A stretch of DNA of 64,000 nucleotides from the human T2T-CHM13v2.0 reference genome, Homo sapiens, in assembly GCF_009914755.1 (NCBI RefSeq), contig NC_060925.1, one strand, 5' to 3'. Position numbers and translations under genes: made by a program. Position 1 is the stretch's first letter. The number at the start of each line of letters is the position of its first letter. Positions 12,281 through 26,739 of the stretch are shown one piece after another. The notes under the pieces are model-generated. The model saw only the letters and a program-made list of their open reading frames with translations, had not been told where the DNA came from and did no database searches.

Positions 12281-15200
12281 TAGTCATCATCAACTCACTC
12301 CAAATTGGTGGCCCCCTTGTTAAAGGTTATTGTGGATCTTTAAATTAAAATAGAATTTTTTTTTTCTAATTTCTGGGGAGGGAGTGAGAGAGAAGCATCA
12401 GCACAGAGGAGAGAGAGAGAAACACGCACACTCAGGGTAGACTCCCAGCACTGGCCTCTCCACCCCGCAGGCCTTTTCCGTTTTGAGAAGCTCTTAGAGC
12501 ACAGAAGCAGACCTGTTTTCAGGGCAAACATCTAACTTTTAACACCAGGGGCTGGCAATCTGGTCAGCATCAGTTTGTACACTATCCTTGTCCTGAGGGA
12601 TTTTACAGGAATTCAATCAGGAAGCAAACTGTGGAAGTACATGAACACTGGGCAAAAACAGCTGCCAACTTCATTTAGGATGGAACTTTAACATAAAGGA
12701 ACAAGGTCTAGGAGCATTTTGCAGCCCACTTTGGAGAGCTGTTAAGAATAATGCCTCCTCAGGACAGTGGCAGGCCAGGTGAAAACCTGAAAGAATAAGA
12801 CAGGTAGCTTATGGCAGGTTTACTTTATCACGCCAGCACCTCTTAACCTCCCCTTCAGCCTGCAGGGCCAGATGTAGCCTGTAGTTTGGAATAAAAGACA
12901 AAAAAGGCAAGTGTCTGGTTCTAACATAAAACCTTTGGGAAATGCACATGTTGGTTCATCTGGGTTCAGCAAATAGAGCAATCTTTACTTCCTCATTAAT
13001 TTTTACATTAAAAGAAAGAAAAAACAAGAAGAAAATATCTGGGTTTAGAATGGTACAGATGATTTACAAAAAAAAAGAGGGACATTACTTTCCATAATCA
13101 GGTCCAGTTTTCATATCTAGTTTTCATTTTTCAAGGCTAAATTAAGTAACCCTCTAATATAAAATAAGCTTTGGCCATTAAAGAGAATAAAATTAATTGA
13201 TCTAGAAGCTTGTTGTCAGACTGGTAAAAGTAAGGCCAGAAGATAAGCCTCTTCATTATTCATAGTAGCAAGAAAGACTAAAACAAAACATCCAACAACC
13301 AAAGATCATTTTTGATGCAGGACCATCTTACTCTTAGGAAATCTTTGCTATTAAACCTATTCGCTATGCCTAGTTCTATATGAAGTTCTTAACTTCCTTT
13401 TCATTTTTTGTCTCAGAGTTGAATTTATATATTTATACTGAGGCTTAAGAGAACCCTGGTTCGTAGTTCAGAAAGACAGTGCTTTCTAGGGAGGTCCGAT
13501 GCAGGTCCGTAGGGCATTTCATCCATCCTGTGCTTGCGTGGCACTCACTACCAAGGGAGCCTATTAGGAAAGAAGGGCACACTGAAGTATGAACTGAAAG
13601 CTGTCAGAAAGGGAACACCCAGATGCTGGTTGCAGCAGCTATGGCTGAGATTCCATTTGTCTTCAGAGCATCAGCAGACAATATATGTATTCTGTCACAA
13701 ACTCCACTTCTCTCTCCAATCCATAGTGTCCTTAATGTAAGAGGCAGATGTGCTTTCTGCCCGGAGATGTGGCAGCAACCAGACTGTCACCCAAGACTCT
13801 AATTAAGTGGTATGTGACATGCTTCTAAGGCAACCCAGCCAAAGATCAACCTGCCCATTTTACTGAGTAAAGACATGCATCTTTATCTACCCATTGGCAG
13901 GAAAGCAATACTACTAATCCAAGAAGCAAAGGTGCTATGACTTTGATAGTGCATTTATACCACAAATCTTTGAAGAAGTAAAAGAGTGTTGAAAACTGCT
14001 TTATTGCCTCATGTGCCAGCTGTGATCTGACATACACAAATGTAGGGATATTATTCTTTTTTGAGCTGGTAGAATTTCATAAAAACCAGTAAGCTGGAAT
14101 CCACACTCAGACCTATGAGATATATATCATCAAAATATTAGTGACTGTGAACAAATGCTGGTCTGGATTAAATCTTTCTTTTTGCCTTAAAGAGACTAAA
14201 ACTACCTTTCTACCTTGTCCAAATTCATGATGATCAGGGAATTGGACAGAAAACCTAGTTGCTGCACAGCCCAAGCACTCATGAATGGGAAATAAATGAG
14301 AGATAGTCTTTTTTTTTTCTTAAATTTCCATGCATCTTTACAATACTGTCCCAAGAAAGGGGGCTAAGAATCAAATTTTGTTTTTTTTTAATATTTTATA
14401 TGAGATTTGTGAGGCTATTTTTGCTACTACAACATGGCAAGCAGGGAGTTTCAAGATTGTGATTTTATTAAGGAATAGAAGACAACCTTTTTTCAACAGG
14501 GCTCTACAAAATATTCCATCAGCAGAAGTGTTAGGCAGGTCGGAAAGACTAAGTTTTTCAAGGTATTAAATTAAAAGATGTTGAATTACGTTAAATGCCC
14601 CACATTGAATTGACATTTCTCCTTTTTTAATGCAAGCTAAGATTGATGAAAAATACCACTTATCTACATTAAGGGTCAAAATCTCTCACAAAAAGAGCTT
14701 CTGGTTCAACACGTCAGAGCAGAGTCAGTCTTCCATAATCCAGGGACCAAGACGCGGATCACATTCTGATGATCCAATTAATGGTGGGATACTTTGCAAT
14801 CATCCGGCAAGCAAGGCCCCTAACAGATTGTGGGGCTGTAACATCAATTTCTTAAGTGCATTTAAAGGATTACAAATGTTAGTCCTGGCTTGAGATTGAA
14901 ACACCTATTGAGGTACTCTGAACCACATTACTGTAATTGGGTACCTGAATTAATGCCATTTCTTCTGATGGGTGAGTTGAATACATTGGAATTAAGAGTT
15001 CTTTTTGCTGTATTTCACTTTCTCATTCTTTCTTCCTTTTTTTTTTTTTGTTTCCTTGGAACATAAATCTGAATTGAAATAACTCTTTTTTAATCCAGAT
15101 AGCTTTAATTACAGCCCTCAGGAATCCAAGTATTGTCCTCATTTTACCTCGTGCACTGTTTGGGTGCACTCTTCTTTGAGCTTGTTATCTTAATATGCAG

Positions 15201-15869
15201 CACTTAGACAATGAAAATACAATTCTTTTCTTTAAAAAACTAAGGGAATAAGGAAAGGGGGAAAAGGAGAGGAAGAAGGCTCTGCTTCTCTTTCCTTCCA
15301 GCCATATGAACCTCATTATGAACACGGAGGATAGCACTTGAAATTCATTACAGGCCTGGAGAGTTAAGATCCAGATCCTCCCTAAACCTTTCACTCTTTC
15401 TGAGGTTGGTTAAAGTAAAAGTTCTGATTAAGGAAGAACTAAATAGGTGGGTATTGTCAGTATATTTTAAACTTCAAAATAAGGATTTTGACCTTCTTTC
15501 CCAACTTAATCTCCATTAAGTCCCTCAGCTAAGGGGAAATCACATAGCATCACTGCGTCAAACCTCCCCGAAGCTTGCTATGGTAAATTGAATGAAATCT
15601 GCACTCCCCACTTGAGTCTAAAAGGTCCTACGTGCTCTTCCTGCTCAGCTCTGATGTCATATTCGATTGCTCTCCAACCTGTGCACCAGGCTGTGTCCTC
15701 ATGCAGCTTCTTCCTGTCATCCAAGTGCACCACGCTCCTCCTCCATTAAGGCCCTCTGCCTTAGGCATTCTACTCTGAGACTTCACCCTCACTCCTTTCA
15801 GATTTCTACTCAAATATGAATTTATAGAGTTCCCTGACTCTGCTATAAAATAATACTGATGCGCCCCCA

Positions 15870-16110
15870 TCCTTCTCAAGTCGTGCACTCTTTCCTCCCC
15901 TACCTCATGTTTCTTCATAGCATTCGTGCATGTGTGTGTGTGTGTGTGTGGTGTGCACACATGCATGCAAATTAGTAATATATGCACCACACACACACAC
16001 TCAAAAACAATGACTGTACAAGTAGGAACTTTGTTTCATTCACTACCAGAACACAAGTAACCAGAATAGTACCTGGCACAATTCAAATATTTATTTAGTT
16101 GGATTGAACT
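15870..16110 (+). mobile_element. L2 3' end fragment containing a TG/CA microsatellite
   Basis: agaatagtacctggcaca...aaatatttatttagttggattgaa resembles the L2 terminus. (TG)10 at 15931-15950. Confidence 0.6.
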
Positions 16111-16119
16111 GAGTTTTTG

Positions 16120-16473
16120 CATGGCTAATTCTGCCTCATTATTCTGGTCTCAGATCCAATATTTTCTCACAGAGGACCCCAGATGACTCTTATTTAAAGT
16201 AGCACTTTCCCTATCCTCTCCCTTATTACCTTGTTTTATTGTCTTACTATTTTTTAGTAAGACAACCAACATCTGAAATACCAATGTACGTACATATGTT
16301 TGTATGTTTGCATATGTTTAATGTCTATTTCTTTATCTTATTACTTAAAGTTAATGAGGGTTGGAAAATGTTTTTCTGTCTTGTTCAATTTGGTGTTTTT
16401 AGTGTTAAGAACAGCACTTGGCATGTAGAAGGAGTACCATAAATATTTGTTAAATGTGTATGCAATTAATTGA
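16120..16473 (+). mobile_element. L2 3' end fragment
   Basis: tgtcttgttca...agaacagcacttggcatgtagaaggagtaccataaatatttgttaaatg matches the L2 terminus. Confidence 0.7.
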
Positions 16474-17229
16474 ACCAGAGGGAGACAAACGTGCAAGAGC
16501 CTTTATCAAAATAGGGTTGTAGATGACACAAACTCTCTTCACCTGGTATAAAGATAACATTGATAGGGTATAATTTATTCCACCTACTGTAGAAAAACAA
16601 AGCTGGTCATGGTAGTTATCATCGGCTTTGGTAAGGAGACACAGAAGAGCTCTGAAGAAAAGTCTGGCTTAGAGAAAAGCTACTTCTGGACAAAATTGGA
16701 AAACAGGTGTTGCCTGTCAAGCTGTGCCCCCATCTCTCCTGTTCTGTGCCCTTTCCTGGCTTGTAAGCTATACTGTTTTATCCCCTCTAGACTCTGAAGC
16801 ATCCAGTGGCCTTCATGTCAGTACCTGACTCAGTTTTCCCCTCCCCTGAAAACATTCCTACTCTGGAACTTTCTAACTCATCCTATCCTTGTCTTTCTTC
16901 CAAAACATCCAGATTCAGGCATCATATTCTCCCAGTCGCTACTCTTAGGCTTAAGCTAACCTGGCAAACCTCTGGACTTAAAAAGCATCAGCTGGCAATA
17001 ATAATGAACAGGACCCCACTTTCCTGGAAGAGTGATACACCCTCCACTCAGGATGTCTCCACTCCACTCCTCTTTGAGAGGAAGGGAAAGAAAGCTGCGT
17101 TTCTATTGCACCAAGAAGGAAATCGTCTACAGAAGGCTCCCAGTGTCTCTTGTCTTTCTTTCCTTTGTCACAGTAACCACTTAACCGTATTCATTCCTGA
17201 TCGTAAAAATAATTTTCTAAAAACACAGT

Positions 17230-17870
17230 AGCAAATTTAAATTATGTAAAAAGAACAAAATTTAACCTATAAATCCCTAAATAACAACTTCATAGTTTGT
17301 TTCTTTTTGGTCTCTTCTCTTTGGACATCTTTACATGGTCAATATCGTACACTATATTTAGTTTTCCCCCACTTATTATATTGTGAAAATATTTCCACGT
17401 CTTTACGTATTCTTGATCACCATTTTGGACAGGAGAGCGTATTTCACTATAGGGATTTATTGCCATTTAGTTAACAATGCCCTATAAGAAATTACTAGGT
17501 TATTTTTACTTATAAACAAGGAAACAATAAACATATGTCTTTGTCTAGAGGAGTTGGCAAACTTTTCTGTAGAGGTCCGGATAGTCAGTATTTTAGGCTT
17601 TATGAGCCATATGGTCTCTGTTTCAACTACTCATTTCTGCTGTAGTTAGATACAATGAGTAGATAAATGGCTGTGACTACGTTCCGATAAAATTTTATTC
17701 ACAAAAACAGGCACCGGACAGAATTTGGCCTGAGGGCAGCAGTTTGCCAACCCAACCCCTGGCCTAGATCTCTGATTGCTTTCTCAAGATGCATAAAAGT
17801 GTAATCACTAAGCCAAAGGGGTGAACATTTGTAACAGATACTGAAATATCTATTATTCATCTTAAATATT
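17230..17870 (-). mobile_element. Old L1 (L1ME-like) 3' fragment, interrupted by MER58
   Basis: Degenerate L1M 3'-end reverse-strand pattern on both sides of the MER58. Confidence 0.5.
17549..17761 (-). mobile_element. MER58A (hAT-Charlie MITE)
   Basis: TIRs ..gttggcaaact and agtttgccaacc..cctg, with internal taaaattttattcacaaaaacaggc. Confidence 0.85.
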
Positions 17871-19132
17871 GTTGCATGCTTGATTTTTCACAATAACAAA
17901 GTCACTAATTTAGTTAACTTAGAGGAATCCTGACCCAATTAACATTCCTCAAAAAGGAGGAAAACTGAGGCCCAGATAAAGCTGAACCTGAATCTTCGGT
18001 TTTATTTGACATTCCCCTTATGTAGTTCTCTTTAAAGATAGTTTTTTGTATATATATTTATATATATAAAACTAATTCAGATGCAGAAAGCAAGTTTCCA
18101 GGAGTACTGCAACAGTGCAGTCACTAAACTAAGAAAAGACAATTTCTTGAATTCTCAGGGCTTTGATAACTCAACATTCCTTCCAGGTAAATAATTCAAT
18201 GGCAGTCACCAGCAGGGTGACTACTGCTTTTTTAGTGTAAAATGAGTAAGATAAGAGGCTTGTTAATCATGTATTATGATTACTGCTTAGGCCACAAAGG
18301 AGAGTTGACAGTACCAGTTACAGTACATCAAGGTCTGCCGTGCACAATTTGTGCTACTAGGGCTCTATATTATTAAAGTTTGAAGATGTGTGAGGGTATA
18401 AATGACCCCTATCTAAAGTTTTCAAGTAATGTTTAGTATTTACACTATAAATCTGCTCTAACATGGCATTAAGTTGCAATTTTAGTTTTACTTAATAAAC
18501 TATATAGGGGCAGACAACCTATTTGCTATCTTTATTCTCAACAGACAAAGAATTTAAATATGTTCTCAAGAGAGTTCAAAAGGTACCATGATTTAACTGG
18601 AGTAGAAAGGAAAGGGATACATTTTAATTCCCAAAATGATTTTCCTCGGGGGAGTATGAACGCTTTTTGCATTCTGTCATGGTTTCTTTTTAACTACACC
18701 AACACATCCTTTCTCGGCAACCAACCAGAGATGATGAGAGCCAGGATGAATCCCATGAGTCATTTTAGTCCAGGCTCCTGTGTCAGCAGAGCAGTTCTCA
18801 TTATTCTTAAGCATATCGTCTCTCTCTAAACTGGGCATGTCCAGGTCTGTGATTCTACTATGATATGAATGGATATTAAACCCTGGGTGAACCTGCTCTT
18901 CATTCATGGCCTATTATCAAAGCATCATGACTGCTGAGCTGAGGGGTCCATGCCTAAATACAGACATTGGGCATCTGGTTGGCAAGAAACACAGTGGCGG
19001 TGGCTATGCCCTCTAACTCTCTAGTGTACAATAATATGTTCAGGGAGCAGAAGAGGGACACTCCATTCTTGTCTCCTGTGGCTAATGTTTTTTAATCATG
19101 AACAAATGCTGTTCCAAGATGTTGGTATAGGA

Positions 19133-19335
19133 CAGCGTTTCTCGACCTCAGGATTATAAACATTTAGAGGCAGATAATTCTTTGTTGTGGGAGGCTGTCC
19201 TGTGCATTGTAGGATGTTTAGCAGCATCCATGGTTTTTGCCACCCACTTAGTGACAACCAAAAATGACTCCAGATATTGGCAAATGTCCCATGGGGTAAT
19301 GGTGGGAGGTGAAATCATCCTGACTGAGAAGGACC
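19133..19335 (-). mobile_element. MER20 (hAT-Charlie)
   Basis: ataattctttgttgtgggaggctgtcctgtgcattgtaggatgtttagcagcatcc is the MER20 core in reverse. Confidence 0.9.
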
Positions 19336-22300
19336 TAGAGTGGCAACTCAAAGGCAGAAAGACATGTAAAAGTACACACTGCACTTGCCCATCTCCTCTG
19401 TCAAGTATGCTTCTGGGGTGGGAATGAAGAAAGCAATGCAGCCCTGGGAAGAGACACCAGAAAGACTGAGCCCTACATGGACATGTAAATTTTTCTCTAC
19501 CTGAGGTTTAGAATGTCTGGCTTGTGCTCAGCAGTCATCACAAAGCTAGATATGAATTTCTTGGCTTTTTTTTTTTTTTGACTCATTAGGTCGCCCTGCT
19601 CAAAATGATTTACACAGAGATAATTAAACTTAAGCCCTAAGGGCTAGTTAACTGTTTAGCAGTGTATACATTTCATATAACCATTTCCATACATCTAGTT
19701 TTAAATTCATTAACAAAAATTAATAGCTACCCAGTGCTCTACATTGCGCAGCATGTTGCTATGGTATGCTTGCTAAATTACCCCTTTCTATCACTCCTCC
19801 AGCGATCTCATAGACAGTTAAACTTTGCTATGCTGGAAATGTTGCCTACCAATTTGCAGCAAAGCTCATATTTACTATATTTAGTGTGAATAATTGACTG
19901 CACTTCGGAAAATATTTGTCTCTGTTTGGTGTGCCTCTGGAACATTCTATCAGCTTTAAAGAACAGTACATGCACTTTTTTCACTCTTTGAAGAATCACC
20001 GAGAAACATTTAATAGGTAATACTAGCGTTGGATATGCATTAGAAATATATGTTTTACTAATATTGTCCTTCATCTGAAAGTCCCTTAACTGCACTTAAA
20101 TATCTTGTATTTTTTCCTCCTGGCGTATTTTATGAGGACGAAATGCCTTTCTGATATGAACTACCTATGACCCATTAAATAATTATCTTCTTATTTCTGA
20201 ATACCAATATAAAAAGAAAAATGAGACAGTAAATCTCTTTTCTATAAACTTATTGCCACAATTATACATATTTTAGAATTTTTGGTAATTAAAATATATT
20301 TTCCATTAAAAAATAATCTCTAATCATTCTTCACCAATATTTACATTGTTCACTTCAGGTCTGAAAAGGAGTCAGGGTGAACTAATTCATTGTTTACACT
20401 CAGAATCCTAGGTGGCCCAAACCCATAAAGGTAGTACAATGCACTGTATCTTTCGTTCTTAGTACTTATCTTAATCTTAATAACTAGCCAGACAACTGAC
20501 TCCAGAGTCTGGGGCTTATCAACTGGAATTCGTCACATGAACCCAACAGAAGACAAGAAATACATTATATAACAATGCTACACAAGTCATTATCTCTCGA
20601 CATTTAAAGGTATGCATTCAAAAACTATGTAAGGCTTTTATATATTTATTTATTTATCTTTTGCTGAACTCAGATTCCACTAGTTTCTATTAAATTTGAT
20701 AGCAAACGAACAGAAATGCCCTTGTTAGGTATTATCTGCAAACAGTTTACTACCAAGAGATCAAAAGGATTCGTCCTACTTCATTTCAGCATTGGCTACT
20801 GGGAACAATCTGCTTGAAAAACTTTCCTTGATACAGATTATATAGGAAACAGATTAATAAGAAAATAAAAAGACCCACGCTCCTCAAATATTGAAAAATG
20901 TCAACTACTTTAGTAGAAATTTCAGTATCTTCCCAATAGCACTTTTTCTGGATTCCTTTGAAGTAGCTTATACAAACAACAGTAATATTGAGCCATCTAT
21001 ACTACAGTTTTCCCAGACCATGTCTTGGGTTAAAAACAGGACATGACTCTTTCAACTATTCACATGGAAGGTATCTTCTTCAGCAGAAAGAAGTTTATGA
21101 ACTCTCTTGTTTTAGTGAATGATTTATTGTAAATATTTCTAATTGCACTTTAAAATTTTCATTCTAAATAAATGGAGACTGAAAGGTGTAATGCACTTTA
21201 TATACTTCTGCAAGATAAGATTTATTTCTTTTACCAGTTTTACAGAACATTTATTATGTCTATAATGAGCTAAATATTTTTACTGAGACTTCAAATAGAA
21301 ATATATACACAATTTAAAATGTAGATGGCCAAACCATTGGCATCATCCAAATAAATATTTTCTTTAAAATCACTCCTTTTGAATTATTTCTTCAAAAGAA
21401 ATGAATGGTGAAAATATTTGTTAAATGACAGCTGAATTTTTGCTTTCTACCAATGTTGTCAATATGAAGATACTTTCTAATAAATGCCACCTATTATGTT
21501 TCCTCTTCTCCAGAAGAAAACATCAATTCATTAGTTAAAGAACTCTTAGTATAAACATATTATTTTTGGTGTGAGTGACATTAAGTTTATTAACACTTGC
21601 ATTGTTAAAAAGATGTAGTCACTATCCAACTCTCCACAGGTAGTTTTAAACCAAAACCTTATGTAGAAGTTGCACCATGTCTGGAAACAGGCTAAAAATA
21701 AGATATAGTGAAATATATAATGTATATGTTTAGCCTAGTAATTATATAATACACTGTACTCCTATCTCCTTTGTTCCAATAATCAAAGGTGCAATTCTTG
21801 ATGACATTTAAATATATGCAAAATTAAAGGTAGCAGAGTTTAATATGAAAAGATATATATCATTTCCCCTAGAAATTAAACTCTTCCTGTGATCTGTAAT
21901 AAATACCGTGCTGTTTTACAAAATGGAAATAAGATTGATGATATTGATCATAAGTTTCATATTTTTCATTGAATCTATTGATGAATCATTTACCAAGAAT
22001 GAACGGGACAAAAGATCTATGGAAATATTGCTTAGTTAAGAAAGAGATGTGCTTAGATAATATCACAATATTTTATCAAGGCTGTCATGTAAAGTGCTGA
22101 TAAATGTTTTATCTTTCTGGAAGATACGGCCCTCTAGAAATGTGTGTCTAAGCACTAAAAAAGGTATGGTTTACATGCATGTGTTTAGATGTGTAGACTC
22201 CTTATCTAGTATGTATAACACTTCCTCCACCAACATGATATTTTGTTTTTATTGAATACATTCTATACTACCTATCAGATATCGTGAGTATGTTTTTCTG

Positions 22301-22529
22301 AACCCTTAGAATCCTAGCAGGACTGGAAGAAAGGTTAAAGATCTATGACTAATTAGAAAGATAATTTTTTGTAAAGAAAGAATAACTACACTTCTCAGAG
22401 TGCCCACTCATTACTAAAAGCTGTGTGCTTTGAGTCAGCAGACCTGAAACCAACAAGATGCATGTGCTGCTTTTCTTGTTTCGGCATCTAAGTTACTTTT
22501 GAAACACAGTAGTGTAGGAGAGAACTACT

Positions 22530-22898
22530 TGTTATGGACTAAATGTGTGTATTCCTCCAAAATTCACAAGTTGAAATCCTCCCCACTCCCCACCAGGTAA
22601 TGGTATTAGCAGGTGAGGCCTTTGGGTGGTAATTAGGTCATGAGAGTGGAGCCCTCATGGATGAGATTAGTGCCCTTATAAAAAGAGGCCAGAGAGCGCT
22701 CTTGCCCTCTTTCCACTGTATGAGGATACAGGGAGAAGTTGACAGTCTACAAACTGGATGAAGGCCCTCGCCAGAACCTGATCATGCTGACACCCTGATC
22801 TCAGACTTTCAGCCTCCAGAACTGTAAGAAATTAAATTTCTGTTGTTTATAAGCCACACAGTCTATGGTGCTTCATTACAGCAGGCCGAACTAAGACA
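22530..22898 (+). mobile_element. Solo MaLR LTR (MLT1A/MLT1A0)
   Basis: tgttatggactaaatg...ctaagaca termini, perfect 5-bp TSD CTACT (22525-22529, 22899-22903), and the MLT1 3' motif cagcctccagaactgtaagaaa. Confidence 0.92.
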
Positions 22899-23591
22899 CT
22901 ACTGTTGGCTGCTAATTTGCAGAAATGTGCATCTCTCATTGACCCGGCTAAGGATCCTTTTATTTTTTCCTGAACATTATAGAAATAAACAAGACCAATC
23001 AAACAAATATTAGGAAACTGGTATTTAGGAAGAGTAGAAAAATCACCCAAGTGGGGCCACACTGATATCAACTTTACAAAATAATAAGATACAAAAAAAA
23101 AATCACCAAATGGATTGGTTCAAAGAAGAGAATTCAAAACTTTGACAAAGAGCCCTTAGAAGGGACAGTAAGAAAGAAAAGCAATATGAGAAAGAACTAC
23201 ATGCAACCTATTGCGGCTGAGAAGTTTGTCAGATAGATGAATAAAGACTTAAAGCAAAGAAAAAAGAGTTTCCCAAAAGGGTTGTTTAGGCTTGGTTTAT
23301 TTGAGACTTAAGAAATACCCCTTTAAAAGTATTATTTTGTCCAAGTCCTTCACTCTTGAAATTCATCATCACCACCTTTAAAGAGATTAGTGATAAAGGT
23401 TGGCTTCTTCATAGACAGTACTGATATATGCTGGGTTCTTGGCACTCAGTTACAATGATATTAGTAAAGAAGCACTATTAGTTAATCAAGATGGTGAACA
23501 CAACCAAGGTGAGCAGGACATTGTATAGGAAATTCTTTGGAGAAGAAACCGTGGTACACAAATTAGCAACTGAAGACATAAACAAGATCAA

Positions 23592-23860
23592 AGAGCTCTG
23601 ATATAATTGCAAAAAGTAGCTCACTTATCTGTTAAGCATTTTACTATTTAGTACACATTTTGGCAATTTAGCATATCTTGCGTTTTATTTCCACAATGAA
23701 ATTGTAAACTCCTGAAAGGCAAGAAAAAAAATGTGTTCATACTATCTTGTTTAATGTAAGATAAAATTGAGCAGAGGTAAGCAAACACTTATATGTTAAG
23801 TTTCACTGAATTTTGAATAAAATTTGATTTATAGGATGCTCAATAATCATAGAAGTTTTG
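23592..23860 (+). repeat. Local dispersed direct duplication, copy 1
   Basis: Colinear with 25852-26096, including a 31-bp identical block (23793-23823 = 26028-26058). Confidence 0.9.
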
Positions 23861-24429
23861 AGCAAAAACAGTTGAATAATCTGATTTTTCAGATTAAGGT
23901 ATTGAAGCCCTAAATGTCAGAGAATCTAATCCAAAGTCCAGACATTTAGGTCTAGAGATAGGACTCATCCTACCTTATCTTCTTACTTCTTCCCACCAGG
24001 GCTCTTTCCATGTTAAGATTTAATTGTTTGACTGTCTTGAAACACATTTGAGTCACTCTGACTATGGCCTCACTTACTTTCCTAGGTCCCAGGAAATGTA
24101 ATATGCACCAGGTACTACCTACTTGTTTTACATATTTTCTGTGAGATTTTATAAAAGTGCTTCTAGCCTGCATCTCTCAGCCTATTAGAACCCCTGTCCT
24201 TTACAAACAGTTCCCAAACTTTGTAGTACTCTACATGTTAGTCAAGGACACAAACACATATCAAAAATGTTTATACTCTGACAGGTATGCATTATGCTAA
24301 AGGACTGAATCAAGTTAATGGTAAAAATAGCCAAACCTCTTTTGTACACTCTGTAGAGCAGTGCATATAGGCCAATTGGCTGACTGGTAGCAAAGAAAAA
24401 TGACAAGTCCTTCTGATTGAGGCTTCACT

Positions 24430-24900
24430 TTCAGAGTAGATCCTATGCCTTTATCAACCTACTTTTCACATGCTGCCAGTTCGCTCTGAAATATCCAGCG
24501 TGGATTATGCCACGTCCAACTTCAAAAAAGTTCAATGGTACAAATTCTAACATGAGAAATCATAAAGTCCAAATTCCCTTATGTAATACTTGAGATCTTT
24601 CCTATTTTGTCTTCAATTCAGTGTTCTATTTAGCAATTATACTCAGTTTCTACACACACCTTCCTCTAGCTCCTCCATTTTTCTGTTCTTTCACACACTT
24701 CCTTGTCTTTATTCATGCAGCCCCAGAACCCTCAATGGTCCCACAACATACAGACTCACTAAGACCCCTGTCTCCCACACTCAGTGTATCCACCCATCAC
24801 ATTTTACCTCTCTTCCAAAGACCGGGTAAACTCACTGGTCCTCCAAGATGCCATTCCTTATTCCCCAAGTGCCAGTAAAGCATTCATTTCTGCAAACTTC
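24430..24900 (+). mobile_element. L2 fragment (a further L2 3' end lies at ~25575-25680)
   Basis: Degenerate L2 motifs (ataaagtccaaattccct; actagactgtaatattcttgaagatcaggga). Confidence 0.55.
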
Positions 24901-25238
24901 AACAGCGAGTTGCTTTGAGTGCTGTTTCTAGCTTTCATCTGTTTTATTTCATCTTTCCTGCATTTCAAGCACTTCATAATAATTTCTTGGTGAAATGATT
25001 CAACTGATTCAATTGCTTTTTTATCTTTTCATTGGACATACACTTTTCACCATTTATAGGTTTTTAAGTCTGTTTATACCTTTCAGAGCATGTGTGCCTT
25101 CTGTTGAAACTGAAACACTGTGCTAATCCTGACATAGAGCATGAGCCCAGACACAATGCCATCAATTACTTTGTGAATCAGCTGGGAGTTAGGCTCAGCT
25201 GGCTGCTTCTGCAGCTGCCACAAAAGCTCCCTAGATGT

Positions 25239-25619
<381 letters not shown>

Positions 25620-25851
25620 TTACACGCCTTGAAGCATCTAACGAATACCAGGTAGGTAGACAAATGTGTACACAAGTCTGAGGATCAACAGGAACTGATA
25701 AATTTTGTGGAAAAGCCAGTTAATTAACTGCCCAGACTAAGAGCACTCACCCTTTCCACTTTCACTTCTTAGGGCAGGAGAAATGATCATGTCTATATGG
25801 CGCCTGAGGTAACTACTTATGGCTATACAATAGTCTTGGCTGATGGATACC

Positions 25852-26096
25852 AGAGCTCTGATATAATTGCAAAAAAGTAGCTCACTTTCTCTGTTAAGCA
25901 TTGTTTACTACACATTTTGACAATTTAACGTATCTTGTGTTTTATTTCTACAGTGAAATTGTAAACTCCCGGAAGGCAAGAAAAAAAAAATTTTGACAAA
26001 ATTGAGCTGAGGTAAGCAAGCACTTACATGTTAAGTTTCACTGAATTTTGAATAAAATATTGGTTTATAAGATGCTCATAAAGCATAGAATTTTTG
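25852..26096 (+). repeat. Local dispersed direct duplication, copy 2
   Basis: Matches 23592-23860 with scattered substitutions and an internal gap of ~25 bp. Confidence 0.9.
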
Positions 26097-26489
26097 CTCA
26101 CGTTTGGTTGCTCAACTTTTGGTCACACTGAGCAATCCTCTAGAAGTGCTGGGTCCTCTGAAAATGCCCGTGGACCAACAGAAAGCTCCTCTCTGGAGAG
26201 TCTGTCCGGTTAGGCTTTAAGCTCTAGGGGTCAATGTCAGGCTCCATTTTGGAAGAATTTTTCCCATATATATTTTCACCCTGAAGAGGAAAGGGTAATG
26301 CTTTTTTTCAAAATCATTTAGGACCTATGGGCCGCTGATATGACACTTGGATTCAATATTCCGAAACAAAAACATGCAAAAGTTGGCTTGAACAATAACA
26401 GGGCTTAGGTACAAAGCCATGTTCCTGGCAACAGCATCTAAGAAACAATAAACAGTAGCTCTCGCTTTAGTTTAAAGTTGTTGCTGCTG

Positions 26490-26690
26490 TTACTGTAGCT
26501 GACTTGAATGCTTCTTTGGTGCCAGTCACTGGGATAAGAGCTTTCTGTGAATTATCTCATTTAATTGTTAGAAAAAAAATATCTGTGGGTATATTATTTC
26601 TCCATTTTACAGATAAGAAAAGTTCAACTCTGACAGATTAAAAAACCTGTACAAATTCAAAAGGTAACGTAGAACCTGAGGCCAGCTAAA
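26490..26690 (-). mobile_element. MIR
   Basis: attatctcatttaat...ctccattttacagataagaaaa core. Confidence 0.75.
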
Positions 26691-26739
26691 GTGCAAAACA
26701 AAATGCTTTTTGAATTTAATGTAAAGATGATACTGTCAA

